DNA from: Bacteroidales bacterium
Lineage (GTDB): Bacteria > Bacteroidota > Bacteroidia > Bacteroidales > UBA7960
Reading direction: 5' to 3'
Length of the DNA stretch: 40,522 nucleotides
NCBI GenBank assembly: GCA_007132585.1
Contig: SLOJ01000220.1
Location: 1-40,522, forward strand
Below the pieces are notes generated by a model. The model did not search any database, was not told the DNA's origin, and worked only from the letters and a program-made list of their open reading frames with translations. Positions 9,777 through 17,748 of this stretch are shown here, piece by piece. The number at the start of each line of letters is the position of its first letter. Position 1 is the stretch's first letter. The position numbers and the translations under genes are program-made.

Positions 9777-10961
9777 TCAGATAAATTCCAGAGTTACTTC
9801 TTTAAGAAACTTTTCTTCGAGTAAAGAAGCTATTTTTTTTGCCACACTACGTCGAATTTCCAGTTCAACCGGCAGATTAGGGTCCTGATGGGCAACGTTT
9901 ATAGCTGTACCAATGCATAGGTATATTTCATCACTTTCAAGCAGCAGTTTAATAATGCTATCGGCAGGTCCCTTGCCCAGCTCCGTTCGATCATTATATT
10001 TTTCAAGTATTCCGGATACTTTGCTTAATGTAAGAATTCCTTCGGTAACAAGTTCAACTCCTTCCATATGAGAAATAGGGGGAAGATCGTGGTCATCAAA
10101 CTCAAGCGTATCCTCGATGGGAAGGTTTAGTTTTTCTGAAATAATATCGGCAGTAGTACCTCCGCAAATAATCTTTTTGCCTTTAAAGTCTTTAACTTTG
10201 TTACCCAGATACTCATCTTTTTCTTTATCAAATGGAGGCCCTGAGCAAAGAAGCAATTTTCTGGGCTCACGAAAGTACACCACAACAGTGCTTATGTCAT
10301 CTTTTGATTGATATTCATCATTAGTGTGGGCGCGGTTAACAATTACCGATGCAAGTTTTGTTGCCGAAATATCCGGATGAGATGTGATTTGAGATAATAC
10401 CATATCGCGTGTATTCTCCCATCCGAAACCAAGCAGGTATTTGCCTTTTCCCAGGCCGCTCTGAGTTATTCCATCTGTAAGCATTATTATCCGGTCCTCC
10501 TTTAATGCCTTGAATGAGCATGCTTGTATTTCATTACTCCTTTTATCCTGGCTGTCAATTTTTATGGTATGCCAGTCAGGCTTAAGTTCTTCTTCATTAC
10601 GCACAATAATGCATTGAGGATTATCATAATTGATTATGGTTGTTTGACCATTATCTTCAATATCAATAATAGTAAATGTGGCATAGCTTATTTTTCTTTC
10701 ACTGCAAACCGGAAGGGTATTCATAATGATTTCAGCAATTTTATGCACATCTTTATGTTCGGCAGTAAAATTTATTGCCATGGTGGCGGTAAGTGTGGCA
10801 AGCAAATTAGCTTTTACACCATGGCCCATCCCATCCGACAATACCACTACTGTTCTGTTCTCTTCCTTAATCTTTCGTGTAAGAAAAACATCTCCGCAAA
10901 TACGCTCACCGATATGGTTTTTCTGCAATACACCAACTTCTATGAAAAAGGAATTATCCAT
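9777..10961 (-). CDS. SpoIIE/PP2C-type Ser/Thr phosphatase of the sensory hydrogenase-associated (HfsC-like) type
   Basis: 'CGD', 'LSDGMGHG', 'TDGI', 'DDIS' metal-binding motifs plus the C-terminal 'GPP...KIICGGTTA...LVTEGILTL...AHQ' extension. Confidence 0.93.
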   Translation of the reverse strand: MDNSFFIEVGVLQKNHIGERICGDVFLTRKIKEENRTVVVLSDGMGHGVKANLLATLTATMAINFTAEHKDVHKIAEIIMNTLPVCSERKISYATFTIIDIEDNGQTTIINYDNPQCIIVRNEEELKPDWHTIKIDSQDKRSNEIQACSFKALKEDRIIMLTDGITQSGLGKGKYLLGFGWENTRDMVLSQITSHPDISATKLASVIVNRAHTNDEYQSKDDISTVVVYFREPRKLLLCSGPPFDKEKDEYLGNKVKDFKGKKIICGGTTADIISEKLNLPIEDTLEFDDHDLPPISHMEGVELVTEGILTLSKVSGILEKYNDRTELGKGPADSIIKLLLESDEIYLCIGTAINVAHQDPNLPVELEIRRSVAKKIASLLEEKFLKEVTLEFI

Positions 10962-11020
10962 GAAACAAAATTTGTTTAGATCTTTATTCTGAGATTGACT
11001 TTTTATGGTTTACAAAGAGA

Positions 11021-12877
11021 TTAGTCATTTTTCTTAACCTTTTTGTAGGTTTCTATGATAGAGTTGAGCATTTTTTCGGTACTTGATGCACCCTCACCCA
11101 GAGAAAAAGCTATCTGTTGTACCATCTTCAGGTTTTCGTCAATTACCTCGGTTACCCGGTTAATAATCTCCTCTTGTCTTACTTCGGCCACATACATATC
11201 GCGGAAAACAGCTCCCGCAATTTTATTGGGCTTTAGCGAGAAAACGCTTATGTTCAGTAACCCTTCATTAAAGTTTATATCTCTTCCGAGAATATTTTCA
11301 TCCTTCTGAAGCACGTAATTGAAAAGGTTGTAAATATTATAGGGTAGTAGTGTTTTTAAATCCGCTCCAATGAGTCCGGGTATTACTTCATTTATCATTT
11401 CGGCATCTTCACCTAAAGTATTAATAAATGAACTGTTTGATTCAATCACTTTAAGATTCTCATCAACAATAACCACAGCCGATGGAAGGTTATGCAACAG
11501 TGAAGAAATGGTTTCTGACTGGGTTTTTATTTTTTGATTATCTGTTTTAAGAAGTTTTTCATTTTCTTCCAGTTCCTTCCGGTTTTTTCTTAGCTTTTCA
11601 TTGTTGGCTTTTAGCGTTTTAATGAAATCCTGTTTGTTTTTAAGTGAATAGGTCAGGCACGTATCGGGTTTAGCCAGGCCTTGACTAACAGAAACGGCAA
11701 AATCGCGGCAGCTTCTGAACCCACAGGCGTTGCAAGATGATTTTTCATCAACTGATTTATCAACAGACTTAAGTATTTCTTCAATTTTTTCATCTGAAGG
11801 AATTTCAAGTCGTTGATCATCTGAGGTGAATGTCCGTGAAAGATCAAGATCTGAGAAGTAACTCATATCTTTTTCCCATTTTTTCTTATCAAAATTTTTC
11901 AACCTTTTTTTGGCATAGTCGATCACAAGTGTTTTCCTCAAAAACTTTCGGTTATCGGGTGTGGTTCCCGGGCCCATAAGACAGCCTTTATTGTAAAACA
12001 AATTGAAGTGTTTTTTCAATACTTCGGGTCCCTGACTGAATTCATCGATGGCATCCATTATATTAAATTTTCCATCGGTAGTAAGCACTGGTGATTCCAT
12101 CATATTTTCCGATATACCAGCAGCAGTTAAAATACCCTTACTCAGGGGGTAAAGTGATCCAAGATAACCTATGGGCTCATCAAAATCAGAATATTCAACC
12201 GTTGATTCCTTTATGTTTTTCTCATGAAACATTTGCCGCAATTCATGGAAAGTAAGCACTGCATCCACTTTTCTATTTCCTTTATGTCTGTTTGCTTCAT
12301 CTTTTGCCGAAACACATGGACCGATATAAACTACTCCAATATCAAGGCCAAATTTCTTTCTTACTACCATGGCAGTGGCCGTCATAGGTGTTACAATCGG
12401 ACTTAGATTGGTTGCCATTTCAGGATAAAATTTCTCTACATAAGACACAATTGACGGGCAATTTGCACTGATGTAATACTTTCCTTTAAAATTCGTAAAC
12501 AATTTATGGTATTCTTTTGCCACCAGATCTACACCAAATGAAACTTCATTCACGTAATTAAAACCCAGGGTTCGTATCATGTCTACGAATCTTATGTAAT
12601 CGGTAATATCAGGAAATTCACCACTGATGCTTGGATCAACAATTGCAGCTATCTTTTTTTCTGATTCAAGAAGTTTGAACGTGTCAGCGATTGAACTGGC
12701 GTATGATACGGCATTTACTGGGCAAACATTTAAACAGCTTCCGCATCCTATGCATCTGTCATGGTTAATCTCAGGGTTTTCATTATGTTTCGATACTGTA
12801 ATGGCCTGTACAGGACAAGCCCTGATACATGCATGGGATTGGTTACATTTTTCAAGATCAATATTTATCAGTTGCAT
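11021..12877 (-). CDS. Group C (sensory, HydS/HfsB-like) [FeFe]-hydrogenase-like protein with ferredoxin, FeS, coiled-coil and PAS domains; H-cluster motifs degenerate
   Basis: N-terminal CxxSxxCxxxCP and CxxCxxCxxxCP; L1 'ISANCPSIV', L2 'GPCVSAKDE', L3 'LFYNKGCLMGPG'; 'CNACGFRSC...C' FeS domain; PAS 'LPSAVVIVDENLKVIESNSSF'. Confidence 0.88.
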   Translation of the reverse strand: MQLINIDLEKCNQSHACIRACPVQAITVSKHNENPEINHDRCIGCGSCLNVCPVNAVSYASSIADTFKLLESEKKIAAIVDPSISGEFPDITDYIRFVDMIRTLGFNYVNEVSFGVDLVAKEYHKLFTNFKGKYYISANCPSIVSYVEKFYPEMATNLSPIVTPMTATAMVVRKKFGLDIGVVYIGPCVSAKDEANRHKGNRKVDAVLTFHELRQMFHEKNIKESTVEYSDFDEPIGYLGSLYPLSKGILTAAGISENMMESPVLTTDGKFNIMDAIDEFSQGPEVLKKHFNLFYNKGCLMGPGTTPDNRKFLRKTLVIDYAKKRLKNFDKKKWEKDMSYFSDLDLSRTFTSDDQRLEIPSDEKIEEILKSVDKSVDEKSSCNACGFRSCRDFAVSVSQGLAKPDTCLTYSLKNKQDFIKTLKANNEKLRKNRKELEENEKLLKTDNQKIKTQSETISSLLHNLPSAVVIVDENLKVIESNSSFINTLGEDAEMINEVIPGLIGADLKTLLPYNIYNLFNYVLQKDENILGRDINFNEGLLNISVFSLKPNKIAGAVFRDMYVAEVRQEEIINRVTEVIDENLKMVQQIAFSLGEGASSTEKMLNSIIETYKKVKKND

Positions 12878-12911
12878 GTTTTTTACTTTACCTGGTTTAA
12901 GCTGAAGTAAT

Positions 12912-13184
12912 TTATGATGATGAAGAATTTAAAAGTTTCTCTGCCAGCAAATCGGTAAGATTTTCATCATTTACATTGATAATTACTTCTTCATTGATTT
13001 TCATAACAGGTCCTTTATCGCATTTCGACATGCAATGTGCGCCTTTGAGAGTTACCTCGTCTTCCAGTTTTTGTTCTTTCAAAAAATCCTGGATCATGCG
13101 CACAAGATTTCTGTTGCCCCTCGAGAAACAACTACTTCCCATGCATATGACTATTGTGTGAGGTTTTTGGGTCATGATATCCAT
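12912..13184 (-). CDS. Thioredoxin-like [2Fe-2S] ferredoxin (HfsA-like)
   Basis: 'ICMGSSCFSRG' and 'HCMSKCDKGP' motifs; first gene of the ferredoxin-HydS-phosphatase operon. Confidence 0.92.
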   Translation of the reverse strand: MDIMTQKPHTIVICMGSSCFSRGNRNLVRMIQDFLKEQKLEDEVTLKGAHCMSKCDKGPVMKINEEVIINVNDENLTDLLAEKLLNSSSS

Positions 13185-13229
13185 TTATTTTTCAGCTTCT
13201 GAAAAGCTTTTTTCTTTCAATCTGAAATG

Positions 13230-13237
13230 CAAATTTA
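13230..13237 (-). promoter_or_regulatory. Candidate -7 element for the hfsABC-like operon
   Basis: TAAATTTG(C) on the minus strand, 46 nt upstream of the start; an alternative TATTTTTG lies at 13283-13290. Confidence 0.45.
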
Positions 13238-13429
13238 TTTCCTGGAATATCAGAATTGAAGTATCTGTTTTCTATTTAAGAACAAAAATAAAGATTTGTA
13301 ATGATATAAGAGGTTAATTTGGTAACATCTTAAGCTTTATGTTGCTTCTTCATAATTAATCTAAATAACATTAAGCATTTTATCCTGATTATATGCCAGT
13401 TACATTAGGTCCAGAAGTTATTTTTTGGT

Positions 13430-13437
13430 TATATTTG
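13430..13437 (+). promoter_or_regulatory. Candidate -7 element for the hydCBA-kinase-rex operon
   Basis: TATATTTG matches TAnnTTTG, about 110 nt upstream of hydC. Confidence 0.5.
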
Positions 13438-13519
13438 TGGTTATGGAAAACAGGGTTATTTCGTGTTAAAGCAATAAAAAATCAAAAATTTTTTTTATTT
13501 CCCTGATTTGTTCCTATTA

Positions 13520-13537
13520 TTGTTAAAAAATTAGCAG
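13520..13537 (+). promoter_or_regulatory. Putative Rex operator
   Basis: TTGTTAA-AAAA-TTAGCAG, a 12/14 match to TTGTTAA-N4-TTAACAA, ending 8 nt before the hydC ATG; rex is in the same operon. Confidence 0.6.
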
Positions 13538-13545
13538 CCTAAATC

Positions 13546-14028
13546 ATGGACACTAAATTAAGTTCCATTTTTGAAAATTATCCCAATAAACAAAGGGATG
13601 ATCTCATACCTCTTTTGCACAGCATTCAGGATCAGTTTGGCTATTTATCGGAAGAGTTTATCATTGAAGTAGGCAATTATCTTAATATTTCGGTAAATAA
13701 AATTTATGGTGTTGCTACCTTTTATGATAATTTTCGTTTTGGCCCCAAAGGTAAGTTTCATATAAGACTTTGTCACGGTACTGCCTGTCATGTTGCTGGT
13801 TCTTCAAATATTCTTTCAGAACTGGAAAAACTTCTCCGAATAAGCAATGGAGAAACAGACAAAAACGGTTTGTTTAGCCTTGAAGTTGTTTCTTGTATAG
13901 GCGCCTGTGGACTGGCACCACTGATTGAGATCAACGAAGAATATTTCTCACAATTAACAACCGAATCCTTAAAAGACATTCTGAACCATTTCAGGGAAAA
14001 CCATAATAGTATTTATGAAGATCAATGA
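13546..14028 (+). CDS. hydC: HydC/NuoE-like [2Fe-2S] subunit of a multimeric hydrogenase-like complex
   Basis: 'IYGVATFY', 'LCHGTACHV', 'SCIGACGLAP'; overlaps the hydB start. Confidence 0.93.
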   Translation: MDTKLSSIFENYPNKQRDDLIPLLHSIQDQFGYLSEEFIIEVGNYLNISVNKIYGVATFYDNFRFGPKGKFHIRLCHGTACHVAGSSNILSELEKLLRISNGETDKNGLFSLEVVSCIGACGLAPLIEINEEYFSQLTTESLKDILNHFRENHNSIYEDQ

Positions 14029-15964
14029 TCGAAATGCGGTAAAAGAATTCCTCGTAAAAAAGGTTTTAAGAAATCCTGATCGTGATAAGGATACTGATAT
14101 CAGTAAACAACTCTCTCAGATAGGTCGCGACAGGATAACAAAACCACTCATTTATGTGGGTACATCTACCTGTGCTATTGCAGCAGGTGCTCAGAAAACA
14201 CATGATGCAATTGCAAAATACCTTACTGATTCGCATCATGATGTTGATCTTGTAAAAGGAGGTTGTGTGGGTTTTTGTAAAGCAGAACCATTGGTTGATG
14301 TCCAGTTGCCTGGTAAAGCACGCATTTCTTTCGGAAATATCAAAGCAGATATGGTTCCTGAGCTGCTGGATGAGATACTGAATAATCATGTGCCAACTGA
14401 TATGGTGCTTGGGCAATACCGAAGTGCTGTTCATCAGCCATGGGATAACGTATATTTCCTTGATGAGCTTGATTTTAACAAGCATCAGAAAAAAATACTG
14501 ATGGCTAATTGTGGCATCATTGATCCGGTTTCAGTTTCAGAATACATTGCAAGGGGGGGCTATCAGGCATTTGCAGATACCATAACCCGATATACGCCTT
14601 CGCAGGTATGTGATCTGGTTGAAGAAAGCATGCTTGCGGGTAGAGGAGGAGGTGCTTATATTGCAGGTAAAAAGTGGAAAATATCGCTCAATACGGTCAG
14701 CGATCAAAAGTATTTTGTTTGCAATGCAGTTGAAAGCGACCCCGGTAGTTACATGAATCGGGTAATAATGGAAAGTGATCCGCACCAGCTTATTGAAGCT
14801 ATCCTTATAGCATCATATGCTATTGGAGCTTCCAAAGCTTTTATTTTTACCCGTCGCGAGTTTCCCCTTGCCATTGAACGGTTAAATCAAGCTCTTAAGG
14901 AAGCCGATGAATATGGTGTTCTGGGACATAATATTTTTGATTCGGGTGTAAATATTGACATTGTAGTAAAGGAGGGAGCGCGAGCCTTTGTTTGTGGTGA
15001 AGAAACAGCACTTAATAACAGTATCGAAGGAAAACGTGCAATGCCGGTTTCCAAACCACCATTTCCGGCCATAAAAGGTTTATGGAATAAACCTACCATA
15101 GTAAATAACCTTGAAACGATTATCAATGTGCCTATGATCATGAAAAATGGTCCTGATTGGTTTAAAGGCATTGGCAATGAGAAAAGCAAGGGAACAAAAT
15201 TGTTTACATTAAGTGGTAAGGTAAAAAACTATGGCACTATCGAAGTGGAGATGGGAATTAGTTTCAGAGATATAGTATACAAAATTGGTGGTGGTATAAA
15301 AGATAAGCAGGATTTTAAAGCTATTATACTGGGAATTAACAGTGGTAGTTATGTAACAGAAAAAACACTGGATACCTTAGTTGACTTTGATGCACTGAAA
15401 CAAATCGGATCTGCCCTTGGAAGCGGTGCATGTGTTGTTGTTGACAAGAACTCCTGTATGCTGGATCTTGCCAAGTTTTTTACACGGTTTTTTAAAAATG
15501 AAAGTTGTGGAAAGTGTATTCCATGTCGCGAGGGAACCGCACGTATGCTTGAAATAGTTGAAACAGCTACCCGTAAACCTGAAAAAGAAAATTCTTTTCA
15601 AACCCTTGAACGCTTTAAAGGAATTATGCAGTTAAAGGGTATGGCTGACGTTATGAAGGATACCAGCCTGTGTTCGCTCGGAAAATCTGCTCCAAATGCT
15701 ATACTGAATACCCTTGCCAATTTTAAGTCGGAATTTGATGCACATGTTTTTGAAAGAAAATGTCCGGCAGGTGTTTGCCGCGATTTAAAAACCTACACGA
15801 TAGATGTTGATATGTGCACAGGATGCACTGCATGTTTTAAAAAGTGTCCGGTAGATGCAATTATAGGCACGCCAAGGCAACCACATTTTATTGTTCAGGA
15901 TAAATGCATTGCCTGCAATGCATGTTATGAGGTATGTAAGTTTAATGCTGTATTAGTGGAATAA
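14015..15964 (+). CDS. hydB: HydB/NuoF-like flavin/FeS subunit with divergent FMN/NAD loops
   Basis: N-terminal Trx-like domain, 'GRGGG', 'AFVCGEETAL', 'ESCGKCIPCREG...LCSLG', 'H...CPAGVC', two C-terminal [4Fe-4S] motifs. Confidence 0.92.
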   Translation: MKINDRNAVKEFLVKKVLRNPDRDKDTDISKQLSQIGRDRITKPLIYVGTSTCAIAAGAQKTHDAIAKYLTDSHHDVDLVKGGCVGFCKAEPLVDVQLPGKARISFGNIKADMVPELLDEILNNHVPTDMVLGQYRSAVHQPWDNVYFLDELDFNKHQKKILMANCGIIDPVSVSEYIARGGYQAFADTITRYTPSQVCDLVEESMLAGRGGGAYIAGKKWKISLNTVSDQKYFVCNAVESDPGSYMNRVIMESDPHQLIEAILIASYAIGASKAFIFTRREFPLAIERLNQALKEADEYGVLGHNIFDSGVNIDIVVKEGARAFVCGEETALNNSIEGKRAMPVSKPPFPAIKGLWNKPTIVNNLETIINVPMIMKNGPDWFKGIGNEKSKGTKLFTLSGKVKNYGTIEVEMGISFRDIVYKIGGGIKDKQDFKAIILGINSGSYVTEKTLDTLVDFDALKQIGSALGSGACVVVDKNSCMLDLAKFFTRFFKNESCGKCIPCREGTARMLEIVETATRKPEKENSFQTLERFKGIMQLKGMADVMKDTSLCSLGKSAPNAILNTLANFKSEFDAHVFERKCPAGVCRDLKTYTIDVDMCTGCTACFKKCPVDAIIGTPRQPHFIVQDKCIACNACYEVCKFNAVLVE

Positions 15965-15977
15965 TTTTAATCCGTAT

Positions 15978-17699
15978 ATGAGTTTTAACATTCAAGTAAA
16001 TAACAAACCTGTTGAGGTACACGAAGGTGAAATACTATTGAATGCCTTGCGCAGAAATGGTATTAAAATTCCTACTTTGTGCTATATGCATGGTTTTACG
16101 CCATCCGGTGCCTGCAGACTATGCGTCGTGGAGATAGATGGGAAAAGAGATCTTGTAACGTCCTGCGCTTATCCCGTTGAACCGGAAATGGTTGTAAAAA
16201 CCAATTCTGCAAGGGTAATAAAAGCCAGAAAGTCACTGGTAGAAATGTTGCTTTCCAATCATCCCGATGATTGCTTGTATTGCGAGCGCAACGGTAATTG
16301 CGAATTGCAATGGCTTGCCGAAGAAATGAATATTAAAGAGAGAAAATATTTCAGCAGCAAGCGTTCTGATAAACGTGATCATTCCAGCCCGAGTGTTTAT
16401 CGCGATCCTGCAAAGTGTATTCTTTGCAGCAGATGTGTAAGGGTTTGTGAAGAAGTTCAACTGGTTACAGCTATAGAGTTTATTTCCAGGGCTGATAAAA
16501 CTTCTGTAAATTCAGCTTTCAGCAAAGGACTCAATATTTCAAGTTGTATCAATTGCGGACAATGTATAATGGTTTGCCCTACCGGGGCACTTGTTGATAT
16601 TTCTCATATTGAGAAGGTGCAATCTGCTCTGGCAAGTGACAAAAAATACCCTGTAGCTTTTTTGTCACCCGCTTTTGTGGCATCCGTGTCCGATCATTTC
16701 AATTTAAAACCCTCTGATAAACCTGCAGGATTAATTATTGCAGCATTAAAAAATATGGGTTTCAGAAAAGTTTATGATCTGGGTTGGGCAGTGGATATGA
16801 ATATTCACCTTGAAGCTTCGCTATTGCTGGAAAGGAGTAAGAAAAAAGATACTGTTACTCCATTGTTTTCTTCCTGTTGTCCTGCCTGGATTAAATACGC
16901 TGAAGAATTTGTTCCGGAAATGATCTCCGATATCTCAACGGTTAAATCGCCTCAACAGTTGATGGGTTATATAGTTAAGAATCACGAAAAAGCTGAGGCA
17001 GAAAAGAAAAAACAGCAGCTATATACAGTTTCCCTGATGGCTTGTGTTGCCAATAAATTTGAAGGCTCAAGGGAGGGAAATACACGTAAGGGTGAATCGG
17101 AAGTTGATGCTACTTTAACCATCAGGGAGTTTCTGAAAATGCTGCGTAGTTATGGCATAAACTTACTTCGCTTTGATCCGGTTATCGCTGATAATCCTTT
17201 TGATCACTCATCTGCAGCCGGCTATCAGGTATCTTATTCAGGGGGTAAAGCTGAAGCCGTAGCCATGCATTTAAATCATCTGATAAACGGAGAGAAAAAA
17301 AACGGGCCTAAATTCACCCCACCTAAAAATCCCGGTAGTAAAAAAGAAGTTAAACTTTCAATTGGAAAACAGGAGTTTGGTTTTGCATGGGTAAGCGGAA
17401 TAGGAGAAGCACAAAAATATTTTGATCAGCTTGTAACTGAAAAAAGAAAAGACATTCATTACGTAGAGGTAATGGCTTGTCCGGGCGGTTGCGCTGGAGG
17501 AGGAGGACAACCCGTTTATTATTTCCAGGATAAACACAAAGCACGCAAAAAAACAGGTCAGGATCTTGAAAAAAGTCTAAAATCCCGAAAACCATCCCAA
17601 AACATACATATGTTGGAGTATTTGAATGTTCGTTTGGCTCGCAAAGAAGAAAAAGATGTATTACAAACCCGCTTCAAACAAAGAGATGTGATAAAATAA
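15978..17699 (+). CDS. hydA: HydA-like group A [FeFe]-hydrogenase subunit with a divergent active-site pocket
   Basis: [2Fe-2S] 'PTLC...GACRLC...TSC', His-ligated 'HPDDCLYCERNGNC', 2x[4Fe-4S]; L1 'FSSCCPAW', L2 'MACVANKFE', L3 'EVMACPGGCAGGGGQP'. Confidence 0.9.
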   Translation: MSFNIQVNNKPVEVHEGEILLNALRRNGIKIPTLCYMHGFTPSGACRLCVVEIDGKRDLVTSCAYPVEPEMVVKTNSARVIKARKSLVEMLLSNHPDDCLYCERNGNCELQWLAEEMNIKERKYFSSKRSDKRDHSSPSVYRDPAKCILCSRCVRVCEEVQLVTAIEFISRADKTSVNSAFSKGLNISSCINCGQCIMVCPTGALVDISHIEKVQSALASDKKYPVAFLSPAFVASVSDHFNLKPSDKPAGLIIAALKNMGFRKVYDLGWAVDMNIHLEASLLLERSKKKDTVTPLFSSCCPAWIKYAEEFVPEMISDISTVKSPQQLMGYIVKNHEKAEAEKKKQQLYTVSLMACVANKFEGSREGNTRKGESEVDATLTIREFLKMLRSYGINLLRFDPVIADNPFDHSSAAGYQVSYSGGKAEAVAMHLNHLINGEKKNGPKFTPPKNPGSKKEVKLSIGKQEFGFAWVSGIGEAQKYFDQLVTEKRKDIHYVEVMACPGGCAGGGGQPVYYFQDKHKARKKTGQDLEKSLKSRKPSQNIHMLEYLNVRLARKEEKDVLQTRFKQRDVIK

Positions 17700-17748
17700 A
17701 CAGGCGAAATTATCTGCGGGTAATTTTTATAAACTAGGTATAGCATAT

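Noticed and set aside
13546-17699. Respiratory complex I nuoEFG or formate dehydrogenase
   Set aside because: The third gene has [FeFe]-hydrogenase L1/L3 motifs rather than a molybdopterin-type domain, and no membrane nuo genes are present.
11021-17699. Pseudogene or selenocysteine explanation for the missing motif residues
   Set aside because: The ORFs are full length with no frameshifts or in-frame TGA. The substitutions are sense codons concentrated at cofactor pockets.
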